Origin: a virus
DNA: 64,000 nt
IMG/VR virus record: IMGVR_UViG_3300035157_000972
Reading direction: 5' to 3' (one strand)
Part shown: piece after piece, positions 19,555 through 28,323 of the stretch
Position numbering within the stretch: the stretch's first letter is position 1
Layout of the letters: each line of letters opens with the position of its first letter
Made by a program: the position numbers and the translations under genes
Notes under the pieces: model-generated
What the model was told of the DNA's origin: nothing
Database searches by the model: none
The model's input: only the letters and a program-made list of their open reading frames with translations

Positions 19555-20212
19555 GATTGAAGTACGAGGAATAGAGATACCATATGTGCCACACACATGG
19601 GTCAACTCTCCTTATGTGTCAATCCCAAGAGTACCATCAATAACTGAGACAATATACATTGGTGTGCCCATCATCAACATACCGGGGTGTGTAGAGGCAC
19701 ATAAAGACGGTAAAAAGAATAGGGTTCTAAAGGATGATGACCCCAAAGGAACACAGGTTTTCTGTGATGCTGACACTCCATCATTCAATCCTATTGAATA
19801 TACACCAGAGGATCTAATAATAGTAAAGGAGGCACCACCTCCACCTGTAGCAAACACGGAGCAACCAGACCTTGAAACTCCTCCATTACCTGAGATACCA
19901 ACGACAACTGAAACTACAGAGACTACCACAGTCGAAGAGCAACCTCCATCTTGGGTTGAAACATATCTACCTTCTACCGCCGAGGTAAGTACAACTGCAT
20001 CAATAGCAGTCATAGCAACAACCACTGCTGCAGCAACACCTTTATTATTAAGAGTTGTTAAACCTGCAGTCAAAGCATTAATAAAAAAAATTCAGAAGGC
20101 ACTTGGTAAAGAACCTCCTAAACTATCGATGTCAGAAATACAAACTAATAATTACAGAGAAAAGAAAGGTCTTACTCCTTTGAAGCGTCCGAAGAAGAAG
20201 AAGTCCCAATAG
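19541..20212 (+). CDS. Pro/Thr-rich membrane-anchored hypothetical protein
   Basis: PGCVEAH..FCDA motif, Pro/Thr linker, hydrophobic segment, basic tail. Confidence 0.7.
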   Translation: MEVPEIEVRGIEIPYVPHTWVNSPYVSIPRVPSITETIYIGVPIINIPGCVEAHKDGKKNRVLKDDDPKGTQVFCDADTPSFNPIEYTPEDLIIVKEAPPPPVANTEQPDLETPPLPEIPTTTETTETTTVEEQPPSWVETYLPSTAEVSTTASIAVIATTTAAATPLLLRVVKPAVKALIKKIQKALGKEPPKLSMSEIQTNNYREKKGLTPLKRPKKKKSQ

Positions 20213-21071
20213 AAAATTCACCTAGATCATCTGCAGTACCTGTCGCCGTCGTTTGCGGTATGGAATGTGTATGGTCTTTTATAGTATTCACACCATTTAC
20301 TACTACATCAGCACATATACTAGCATAAGGTGAATTAGGATGGAATGTTATACCAGCACTCATCAATTCTCCACAGTTCTTGAGTCTAGCAAGTTCAAAG
20401 TCTAATCTCTTATTAGCAATCAATTGACCTTGCATATCATTCTGTAGTTGTGCTGCTTCCATACATTTTCTCTGTGCATCTTTGTTCAATGAGAAACTCA
20501 TGGTTGCAGAGAATCCAAGGTTTATATTTTGATTTGATTTCTGTCCAGTTCTTGTTGGTTTATAGAATAAAATTTGACCGGGATGATCGGGTACACCATC
20601 ATCATTGGCATCTAGATTGTTGTACACAGGATCCATCCAATAATCCTCATATGGATCCATCCATGATCCCGTCCTAGTGACGTATGGTGTAATGTTCATG
20701 GTAGGAACTTGACAAGAAATACCATTACCATAGGTGTTAGTCATATAAGGACCTTGTAAAACCTGTATTGCCTGATTGGTCACCGACCCACTGGAGTTGG
20801 CGACTGGGTTTGCAGTGGCAGAAACCCCTCCTATATCAGATGCATAGGATGGGGTTACAGTATAAGGTATTGTTATAGCACTAAGTGTTGCTAGTCTAAT
20901 TATTGACTGAATATACTTGTTGTATCGGTTACGCTTTGGATTGTGGTGGTTCTTTGTATTACAGTATGAGTCGATAGACCGGGGGCTTTGTATGTCTCTG
21001 TGAATTGAAATGCTGCTCCCGGAGTTGTTAGTGTCCAATTGGGTTTTTGTGAAGTGTTCAAGTTTGTCCAT
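20172..21071 (-). CDS. Hypothetical exported protein (start uncertain)
   Basis: Long ORF; signal-peptide-like segment ending SYA; ANSSGSVTNQAIQV and RLDFELARLKNCGEL blocks. Confidence 0.7.
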   Translation of the reverse strand: MDKLEHFTKTQLDTNNSGSSISIHRDIQSPRSIDSYCNTKNHHNPKRNRYNKYIQSIIRLATLSAITIPYTVTPSYASDIGGVSATANPVANSSGSVTNQAIQVLQGPYMTNTYGNGISCQVPTMNITPYVTRTGSWMDPYEDYWMDPVYNNLDANDDGVPDHPGQILFYKPTRTGQKSNQNINLGFSATMSFSLNKDAQRKCMEAAQLQNDMQGQLIANKRLDFELARLKNCGELMSAGITFHPNSPYASICADVVVNGVNTIKDHTHSIPQTTATGTADDLGEFSIGTSSSSDASKE

Positions 21072-21343
21072 GTCGAAGTCACACCATTGTTTGTTACTTG
21101 TTCTGTTCCGGTATCCGGTGTTATACCAGTACCATCGTGCTGTACGTTAACACCCGATACCGAGTATTGGTACCCAGTGTTATAATCCATAGAATTAATG
21201 GTCTCAGACACGGTAGAAGTGGTCTCCGTGTGTGAGGTCATCGATCCCTGAGTGAAATTAGGTACTACAGGGACTGCATTTATGGCAGTCGGTGCAGTCG
21301 CAAGGGCAATTGCACCCACAACTATCGCACGAAGAAGTTTCAT
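20900..21343 (-). CDS. Signal-peptide-bearing Thr-rich protein
   Basis: MKLLRAIVVGAIALATAPTAINA followed by VPVVPNFTQG. Confidence 0.75.
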   Translation of the reverse strand: MKLLRAIVVGAIALATAPTAINAVPVVPNFTQGSMTSHTETTSTVSETINSMDYNTGYQYSVSGVNVQHDGTGITPDTGTEQVTNNGVTSTWTNLNTSQKPNWTLTTPGAAFQFTETYKAPGLSTHTVIQRTTTIQSVTDTTSIFSQ

Positions 21344-21359
21344 ATGTTAACATAACTCC

Positions 21360-21857
21360 TTAGTCGATAGTTAATTCTGTTACGAACTGTCCTACGGTTG
21401 TAGTACCACTTCCACCACCAACTGCTGTTACAGCATGTGCTGAAGTTACAGTACCAGTACCAGTACCAGTACCTACTGCTGTTGATGTTTGGTTTGAGTA
21501 TGCACTTACTGCACCTAAACTTGGTGCTGTAGTCACAATAGCATCACCTTCAATGAATGATTGAGAGAAACTATATGCACCGCCTGCACTTGTCTGGGTC
21601 GCTGTAGAAATTGATCCTTGTCCAACTCCGTCAGTCAATGTGCCTAGTCCACCAACGTTACCGTCAGCAGATCCACCGCCACCTACGTCCATGGTCACAC
21701 CTGATCCAGAAACACTGTATGTCGATCCGATTCTTGAAACCTGTGTTGCTGCAGCGTTAGTGGTTAACTGAACACTAGACTGCATTTTATGTGTAATATC
21801 TGCAAATACAGGAGAACCAAATCCTGCCAATAATATAAGTGGTAAATACTTCTTCAT
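21360..21857 (-). CDS. Signal-peptide-bearing Gly/Ser/Thr-rich protein
   Basis: MKKYLPLILLAGFGSPVFA|DITH; minus-strand late promoter CTAAATA 21883-21889. Confidence 0.8.
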   Translation of the reverse strand: MKKYLPLILLAGFGSPVFADITHKMQSSVQLTTNAAATQVSRIGSTYSVSGSGVTMDVGGGGSADGNVGGLGTLTDGVGQGSISTATQTSAGGAYSFSQSFIEGDAIVTTAPSLGAVSAYSNQTSTAVGTGTGTGTVTSAHAVTAVGGGSGTTTVGQFVTELTID

Positions 21858-21893
21858 GAAATTACCGATTATTTGCTAGCTCTATTTAGACAT

Positions 21894-21917
21894 AAAAAAA
21901 CCCCACTTGCGTGGGGT
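21894..21917 (-). terminator. Rho-independent terminator (minus strand)
   Basis: ACCCCAC-gcaa-GTGGGGT followed by a T run on the minus strand. Confidence 0.8.
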
Positions 21918-21942
21918 AAGTACAGATGTACTGTTGTATTAA

Positions 21943-22230
21943 CTAACCTTTGTTAGCAACTAGATGTTTTCTATAATCTTCCTTTATAGTGTCAGTCCAA
22001 ACTGCATTGCATACACCTTGAATCTCTGTTGAGTATCCAGATATATCTCTATCCACTAAAGTATCATTGCCGTCAGTGGACAATGAACCGGGACTTAGTT
22101 CAGTGTGCTTATATCTGATCGCTTGATCTACTCCATCTTCTTGGAATAGAACTGCTGTTCTCAATTTTACAATATTATATCTTGTTGAGATCACAATCTT
22201 ATCGACTGCTTCTGCTTTTGTTAGTGCCAT
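21943..22230 (-). CDS. Small late hypothetical protein
   Basis: DISGYSTEIQGVCNAVWT motif; minus-strand TATAAATA 22271-22278. Confidence 0.65.
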   Translation of the reverse strand: MALTKAEAVDKIVISTRYNIVKLRTAVLFQEDGVDQAIRYKHTELSPGSLSTDGNDTLVDRDISGYSTEIQGVCNAVWTDTIKEDYRKHLVANKG

Positions 22231-22260
22231 TAGGGTAATTCTCCGAATTAGACATGTTTA

Positions 22261-22289
22261 TTGACAAGTATATTTATATGGGATATACT
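22261..22289. promoter_or_regulatory. Overlapping divergent promoters: sigma70 (+) and T4 late (-)
   Basis: TTGACA-N17-TATACT on +; TATTTATA in the spacer is TATAAATA on -. Confidence 0.75.
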
Positions 22290-22310
22290 ATATGTAGTTT
22301 ATATGGTACT

Positions 22311-22523
22311 ATGGTTCACCTACGAGACAGTCTCGTCAACTCACTCATCAAGCATGCAGAAGGACAGATAGCAAAGCACAAAGCAAATGTAGAAATTTAT
22401 TTCACATATCCGACAGGCATTGGAGAACATCCTGATGTTATGGGTGCTATTGAAACAGAGTTGAACGAAATTTCTAGATATCATGAGCAAATTCAAGTTC
22501 TCAAGGAGTATTTTGAAGCATGA
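22311..22523 (+). CDS. Conserved hypothetical protein
   Basis: KHKANVEIY..GIGEHPD motif; ATGA coupling to talC. Confidence 0.75.
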   Translation: MVHLRDSLVNSLIKHAEGQIAKHKANVEIYFTYPTGIGEHPDVMGAIETELNEISRYHEQIQVLKEYFEA

Positions 22524-23194
22524 AGATCTTTTTAGACACTGCTGACACTAAAATTATTAAGGAGCATTATGGAACTGGTCTTATTGACGGTGTTACTACA
22601 AACCCTACTCTTATTCGTAAGAGTGGAAGAGACCCCGAAGAAGTTTATCAAGAACTAGCAGACTATGGTGTCCGTGACATCAGTATGGAAGTTGTTGGTG
22701 ATGAAGAGACAATGACATCTGAAGGCAGGAGATTGCACAGTAAGTATGCATTCCAAAGTAAAAAACTTAGCATCAATCCTGTCACTATCAAAGTGCCCTT
22801 ATCACCAGAAGGTCTAAGGTCATGTAGATCTCTTGCTCTTGATGGAATCAAAGTAAATGTTACTCTTGTTTTCTCAGCAGCACAAGCAGTTCTAGCATCA
22901 AAGGCAGGAGCAACTTATGTTTCTCCATTTGTAGGGAGACTGGATGATCAATCAGTCAATGGTATTGGTTTGATAAATCAGATAGCAAGTATATTTCGTA
23001 TGCATGGATCTCAAACACAGGTTCTTTCTGCATCAATACGAAGTGTGCAGCATGTGACAGACTCTTTTCTAAACGGAGCAAACATATGCACAATGCCACC
23101 TAGTGTTTTTGAGAAAATGTATAACCATATACTCACTGATAAAGGTCTTGAACTATTTGATCAAGATTGGAAAGCAACAAGGGAAAGGATGTGA
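22520..23194 (+). CDS. talC: Transaldolase (TalC)
   Basis: MKIFLDTAD, GVTTNPTL, TIKVP, NVTLVFS, YVSPFVGRLDD. Confidence 0.97.
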   Translation: MKIFLDTADTKIIKEHYGTGLIDGVTTNPTLIRKSGRDPEEVYQELADYGVRDISMEVVGDEETMTSEGRRLHSKYAFQSKKLSINPVTIKVPLSPEGLRSCRSLALDGIKVNVTLVFSAAQAVLASKAGATYVSPFVGRLDDQSVNGIGLINQIASIFRMHGSQTQVLSASIRSVQHVTDSFLNGANICTMPPSVFEKMYNHILTDKGLELFDQDWKATRERM

Positions 23195-23682
23195 AAATTG
23201 TAGAGAATGCATTACCAGATGATCTAGTAAAACTCTGCAATGAAGATATTGATATAAAATTAGAAAAGAAAGTTTGGGTAGGAAATATAGCGTGGCAAGA
23301 TTGTCTATATGATGGTATTTTAGGTTCTTGCCTCAATGCTGACCTTGATCCAAAATGTAGTTTGAATGTTAGAAATACATTGAGAGTTTTTTTCCCTCAA
23401 TGTAAAAAGATAAGATGGTCTTATCATTACTGGACAAGACTATCCGGCATCAATTGGCATGGTGATGAATCATATGTTTTTGGTGCCACATTATATCTCA
23501 ACGATTGGAAAAAGGAATGGGGTGGTTTATTTTTATGGGAGGATGATGGACTTCATTGCTTGTGTCCAAAGAAAGGTATGCTTGTAATCAACACAAAAAA
23601 ACAACCACATTGTGTCACACCCGTATCAAACAGTGCTCCCTATGCTAGAAGATCAATTCAAATATTTGGTGAACCTGATTGA
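23191..23682 (+). CDS. 2OG-Fe(II) oxygenase
   Basis: WHGD, TLYLNDW..WGG, HCVTPV, RRSIQ. Confidence 0.85.
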   Translation: MKIVENALPDDLVKLCNEDIDIKLEKKVWVGNIAWQDCLYDGILGSCLNADLDPKCSLNVRNTLRVFFPQCKKIRWSYHYWTRLSGINWHGDESYVFGATLYLNDWKKEWGGLFLWEDDGLHCLCPKKGMLVINTKKQPHCVTPVSNSAPYARRSIQIFGEPD

Positions 23683-23707
23683 CAAACCATGATACATAGT
23701 TTACACT
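23679..23707 (+). promoter_or_regulatory. sigma70-type promoter heading the glycan island
   Basis: TTGACA-N17-TACACT. Confidence 0.7.
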
Positions 23708-23715
23708 GAATTATT

Positions 23716-24105
23716 ATGACTAATTTTGTAAGAAGAGAACGTCCTTGGGGGTGGTATGAAACCATTGTCGAGGACAACAACTATAAAGTGAAGAGACTTT
23801 ACATAGCACCTGATCAGAGACTGTCACTTCAGTATCATAATCTGAGGACAGAGGACTGGGTGATTGTAGAGGGTAGTGGTATCATAACTCAGAATAGAAT
23901 GGAGACTGAATGTAAGGTGGGTGACACTTTTCATATTGGCACAGAGATGAAACACCGAGCAAAGGGTGGTGAGAAAGGATTATTGATTATCGAAACACAG
24001 ATTGGTATATGTAAAGAGAATGATATTATAAGACTTGAAGATGACTATGGTCGTATCAAAAAAGAAACTACATACATGTGCATGAACGAATACGGGACTG
24101 AATAA
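23716..24105 (+). CDS. Type II mannose-6-phosphate isomerase (cupin domain)
   Basis: RPWGWY, RLSLQYH, DIIRLEDDYGR. Confidence 0.88.
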   Translation: MTNFVRRERPWGWYETIVEDNNYKVKRLYIAPDQRLSLQYHNLRTEDWVIVEGSGIITQNRMETECKVGDTFHIGTEMKHRAKGGEKGLLIIETQIGICKENDIIRLEDDYGRIKKETTYMCMNEYGTE

Positions 24106-25037
24106 TGATACTGATTACTGGTGGTGCCGGTTTTATAGGAAGTAACTTTGTAAATTATGTTCAGAGAGTTTGTGATGATGAGATTGTCGTCATAGATTCT
24201 TTATCATATGCTTCTGATATAAACTATATAAAGAGAGATACCAAGACAACATTTGTATGGTGTGATATTGCAAATGAGAAACATGTCAATCACATCTTCA
24301 ATAGATACAAACCAAACAAAGTATTTCATTTTGCTGCTGAGAGTCATGTAGATAATTCAATCAAAAATTACAAACCATTTCTAGAATCAAATGTGATAGG
24401 AACTATCAATTTGATGAACGCTGCATTAGAAGTGGGTGTAGAAAAGTTTCATCATGTATCTACTGATGAAGTGTATGGTTCACTAGAATATGATGACGAG
24501 AATATATTTACAGAGACCACACCATACGACCCAAGAAATCCATACTCTGCTAGTAAGGCAGCGTCAGATTATTTTGTAAAGGCATGGCATAATACATACA
24601 AACTTCCTTATCTTATAACAAACTGTTCAAATAACTATGGACCACATCAACATCTAGAGAAACTCATTCCTCTTACTATCATAAACTCTATGAGGGGTAA
24701 GAAAACATATATGCATAGTGAAGGTAAGTTGATACGTGACTGGTTATATGTTGAGGATCATTGTCGTGCTATCTGGATGTTAGAGGAGCAGGGAATTATG
24801 AATGATACTTATAACATTGGTGGTGGGTGTGAACTTGATGTAGAAACTGTAGTCAAAAAAATACTTACTAGACTAGGTAAGTCACATGATCTAATAGGTG
24901 TTTCAAATGCAAGACCGGGAGTTGATAAAAGATATGCTATGAGTTATACTAAGTTGTATAACAAAACTGGGTGGAAACCGATCATGGATTTTGACACTGG
25001 TTTGCAACATACTATTGACTGGTATTTGAATAGATGA
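24105..25037 (+). CDS. rfbB: dTDP-glucose 4,6-dehydratase
   Basis: TGGAGFIGSNF, HFAAESHVDNSI, STDEVYG, YSASKA, NCSNNYGP. Confidence 0.93.
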   Translation: MILITGGAGFIGSNFVNYVQRVCDDEIVVIDSLSYASDINYIKRDTKTTFVWCDIANEKHVNHIFNRYKPNKVFHFAAESHVDNSIKNYKPFLESNVIGTINLMNAALEVGVEKFHHVSTDEVYGSLEYDDENIFTETTPYDPRNPYSASKAASDYFVKAWHNTYKLPYLITNCSNNYGPHQHLEKLIPLTIINSMRGKKTYMHSEGKLIRDWLYVEDHCRAIWMLEEQGIMNDTYNIGGGCELDVETVVKKILTRLGKSHDLIGVSNARPGVDKRYAMSYTKLYNKTGWKPIMDFDTGLQHTIDWYLNR

Positions 25038-25852
25038 TTTCACTATACGGATGTGGTTTCGTTGGAGGAGAATTTCAACGTCTTTTTAATGAAGAAGTAG
25101 AAGTAATTCCTAGAGAGGAACGTAAACCTAAATCAAAAGATATCTTATACATGATATCTACAACACATAATTATCATGTGCATGATAGAATAACACTTGA
25201 TGTTGACACAAACTTGAAGGTTCTATGTGAAGTTCTTGAACATTGCAGGGATGAAGATATTACATTCAACTTTGTGTCATCATGGTTTGTGTATGGAGCA
25301 GGTGGTAATTTACCTGCAAAAGAAAGCGATTCTTTGAACCCGAATGGATTCTATTCTATAACAAAAAGATGTGCAGAAGATCTTATCAAATCTTTCGCTC
25401 AGACATATGGTATGAGGTATAGAATACTTAGATTATGTAATGTCATAGGTCGTGGTGATACTAATGCAACGAAGCAAAAGAATGCAATTACATGGATGGT
25501 CAAAGAAATAAAAAAACATAATGATCTAAAAGTATATGACAACGGAACTCATACACGAGACATCATGCATGTGACTGATGTATGTCGTGCTATCAAATTG
25601 ATTATGGAGAAGGGTGATGTAGATGAGATTTATAATATAGGATCTGGAAAAGAAACAACAATAAAAGAAGTGCTTGACTTAGCAAGTGAACTGTGTGATT
25701 ATAGAGGTAATCTTATCAGTATAGATACACCAGATTTTCATAAAGTGGTACAGGGATTGCAACATTTTTATTTGGATACAAGTAAATTGAATCAACTAGG
25801 ATTCAATTACCTGTATGATACAAAGGATATAGTGAGAGAATTATGTCAGTAA
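25034..25852 (+). CDS. NAD-dependent epimerase/dehydratase
   Basis: GCGFVG, SSWFVYG, YSITK. Confidence 0.85.
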   Translation: MISLYGCGFVGGEFQRLFNEEVEVIPREERKPKSKDILYMISTTHNYHVHDRITLDVDTNLKVLCEVLEHCRDEDITFNFVSSWFVYGAGGNLPAKESDSLNPNGFYSITKRCAEDLIKSFAQTYGMRYRILRLCNVIGRGDTNATKQKNAITWMVKEIKKHNDLKVYDNGTHTRDIMHVTDVCRAIKLIMEKGDVDEIYNIGSGKETTIKEVLDLASELCDYRGNLISIDTPDFHKVVQGLQHFYLDTSKLNQLGFNYLYDTKDIVRELCQ

Positions 25853-27141
25853 AAGATAAGGTATCAGATTTTATATCAGAACTACAGGGTGATGGAGAGA
25901 ATTTATTTCCATATCTTGCTAACAAAGATTGGAAACCCGGTGGTAACATATACTACTCTGGTCCATACTGGGATGAGCAGGAACCTATCGCTGCAATCAC
26001 AACATTACTGAAGGGTAATTGGTTGCCTGCAGGTGAACAGGTAAATAAATTTGAAGCACAGTTTGGTAAAAGATTTGACTTTAGATACAACCTTATGGTC
26101 AACAGTGGTTCATCCGCTAACCTTGTCATGGTTGCTGCACTCAAAAAATATTTTGGATGGGCAGATGGTGATGAGATATTAGTATGTGCATGTGGTTTTC
26201 CTACCACTATCAATCCCATCATACAGAATAATCTGAAACCTGTATTTGTAGATATTGATTACACAGATTTGAATTGGAATCTTGAGATGTTAGAGTCCAA
26301 GATCACCAGTAGAACTAGAGCGTGTTTTTCTTCTCCTGTTCTGGGAAATCCCTACGACTTCGATAAGTTTCTCGAAATTTTGGATGTTTACGGACTCGAA
26401 TATATCGCGGACAACTGTGACTCCCTCGGTAGCAAGTGGAGAGGTCAGTTTCTTACCAAACACTCCGTCGCTGCTTCTTGTTCTTTCTATCCAGCTCATC
26501 ATATCTCTACTATCGAAGGGGGTATGGTCTCCTCTAATGTCGAGGAGATAATCCAGATCGCCAGATCGTATGCTTGGTGGGGAAGAGGATGCTATTGTGT
26601 AGGATCCCAAAACAAATTGTCCAACGGTGTCTGTGGGCAGAGATTTGATCGTTGGTTGGAAGGGTACGACCATGATGTCGATCATAAGTATGTCTTCGGA
26701 GTTCAAGGATATAATCTCAAACCCGCCGATTTGCAGGGGTCTATCGGTCTTGTACAATTGACTAAGCAAGACGAGATACATCGCATCCGTCGTCTCAACA
26801 AAACTCGACTTCATGAGATCTTCTCTAAGATCGATGGTGCGAGGGTTATTGAAGAAAAAGAACATGCTGAGACTTCTTGGTTTGGTGTACCTATAGTATA
26901 CGAAGGGAATAAAGTACAACTTGTCAAATATTTAGAGGAACATAAGATACAAACAAGAAACTATTTTGCAGGTAATATTCTCATGCATCCTGCCTATCGT
27001 GGTCTAGAATCATACTCTAATTATCCTAATTCAAGTAAGGTATTAGACAATGTATTTTTCTTAGGATGTTCCCCTGTAATTACAGATCCTATGATAGACT
27101 ACATAGAAGAAGTAGTTACTAAGTTCAGAAATGAACTTTGA
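25843..27141 (+). CDS. rfbH: RfbH/DdhC-like CDP-4-keto-6-deoxyglucose 3-dehydrase (DegT family)
   Basis: VNSGSSANL; SFYPAHH has His in place of the PLP Lys; DNCD..GRGCYC..CGQRF Fe-S cysteines. Confidence 0.85.
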   Translation: MSVKDKVSDFISELQGDGENLFPYLANKDWKPGGNIYYSGPYWDEQEPIAAITTLLKGNWLPAGEQVNKFEAQFGKRFDFRYNLMVNSGSSANLVMVAALKKYFGWADGDEILVCACGFPTTINPIIQNNLKPVFVDIDYTDLNWNLEMLESKITSRTRACFSSPVLGNPYDFDKFLEILDVYGLEYIADNCDSLGSKWRGQFLTKHSVAASCSFYPAHHISTIEGGMVSSNVEEIIQIARSYAWWGRGCYCVGSQNKLSNGVCGQRFDRWLEGYDHDVDHKYVFGVQGYNLKPADLQGSIGLVQLTKQDEIHRIRRLNKTRLHEIFSKIDGARVIEEKEHAETSWFGVPIVYEGNKVQLVKYLEEHKIQTRNYFAGNILMHPAYRGLESYSNYPNSSKVLDNVFFLGCSPVITDPMIDYIEEVVTKFRNEL

Positions 27142-27194
27142 TTCCCACTTTTGGGAAAAAAATTTTCCGCCAAAAATTCTTCATTAAGGTTTTT
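27129..27194 (+). repeat. Dispersed ~70-bp element, copy A (most diverged)
   Basis: AAATGAACTTTGA..GGGAAAAAAATTTTCCGCCAAAAATT..TTAAGGTTTTT. Confidence 0.55.
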
Positions 27195-28322
27195 ATGAAA
27201 ACAGCATTAGTATTAGGTGCCGGTGGTTTCATTGGAAGTCACATGGTCAAGAGACTCAAGAAAGAAGGTTACTGGGTAAGGGGTGTAGACCTCAAGCATC
27301 CAGAGTTTTCTGATACAGAAGCAGATGAGTTTGTCCTAGGAGACTTACGAGATAAAAGTTTTGTTGAAAGAGTCATACAGTATAAAGGAGAGCAAGGAAA
27401 CTTCTATGACTCTGTTCCTTACAGATATATCTTACCATTCCATGAGATCTACCAGTTTGCTGCTGACATGGGTGGTGCAGGATTTATCTTTACAGGTGAG
27501 AATGATGCTGACATTATGCAGAACTCTGCAAGTATAAATCTAAACTTGTTAGATGCACAGCAAAAGTTGAATGAAACCTTTGATGGTTCAGAAGGGTGGA
27601 GTGAATGTAATAGACCATGCCTAGATTGGATTACTAAGATCTTCTATTCTAGTTCAGCATGTATGTACCCAGAGTACAATCAATTAGATCCTGACAATCC
27701 AGATTGTCGTGAAGAATCAGCATACCCTGCAGCACCGGATTCAGAATATGGATGGGAAAAATTATTTTCGGAAAGACTATATCTTACGTACAGTCGTAAC
27801 TATGGCATGCCTGTTTGTGTTGCTCGTTACCACAACATTTTCGGTCCTGAAGGAACTTGGAACGGTGGACGCGAGAAGGCACCGGCAGCAATTTGTAGAA
27901 AGGTTGCAAATGCAGGTCTCGCCGATACCATTGAAGTATGGGGAGATGGCGAACAAACTCGATCATTCTTATTCATTGATGAATGCATTGAGGCAACTTG
28001 GAGATTGATGCAATCAGACTTCAAGGGACCTGTAAACATAGGTTCAGAAGAAATGGTTACTATCAATGAGTTAGTAAGAATAACTGCAAAAGTAGCAGGG
28101 AAATCCATAGGTAGAGATCACATACTCGATGCACCTCTTGGTGTTCGTGGACGTAATTCAAACAATGATCTTATCAGAAAAGAACTTGGTTGGGATTACA
28201 CACAAACACTTGAAGAAGGAATCAGAAAGACCTATAATTGGATCGAGCAGCAGATATGTAAGGAGACTATATCATCTGCCACTCTTGAAAAAACAGAATA
28301 CGATTTATTAGCATCAGGTTAG
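27195..28322 (+). CDS. GDP-mannose 3,5-epimerase-like SDR
   Basis: GAGGFIGSH, AADMGGAGFI, YSSSACMYP, YGWEK, GGREKAPAAICRK. Confidence 0.88.
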   Translation: MKTALVLGAGGFIGSHMVKRLKKEGYWVRGVDLKHPEFSDTEADEFVLGDLRDKSFVERVIQYKGEQGNFYDSVPYRYILPFHEIYQFAADMGGAGFIFTGENDADIMQNSASINLNLLDAQQKLNETFDGSEGWSECNRPCLDWITKIFYSSSACMYPEYNQLDPDNPDCREESAYPAAPDSEYGWEKLFSERLYLTYSRNYGMPVCVARYHNIFGPEGTWNGGREKAPAAICRKVANAGLADTIEVWGDGEQTRSFLFIDECIEATWRLMQSDFKGPVNIGSEEMVTINELVRITAKVAGKSIGRDHILDAPLGVRGRNSNNDLIRKELGWDYTQTLEEGIRKTYNWIEQQICKETISSATLEKTEYDLLASG

Positions 28323-28323
28323 T

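Noticed and set aside
27138-27194. N-terminal extension MIPTFGKKIFRQKFFIKVF on the epimerase, and ORF 60073..60300
   Set aside because: Both are translations of the dispersed non-coding element
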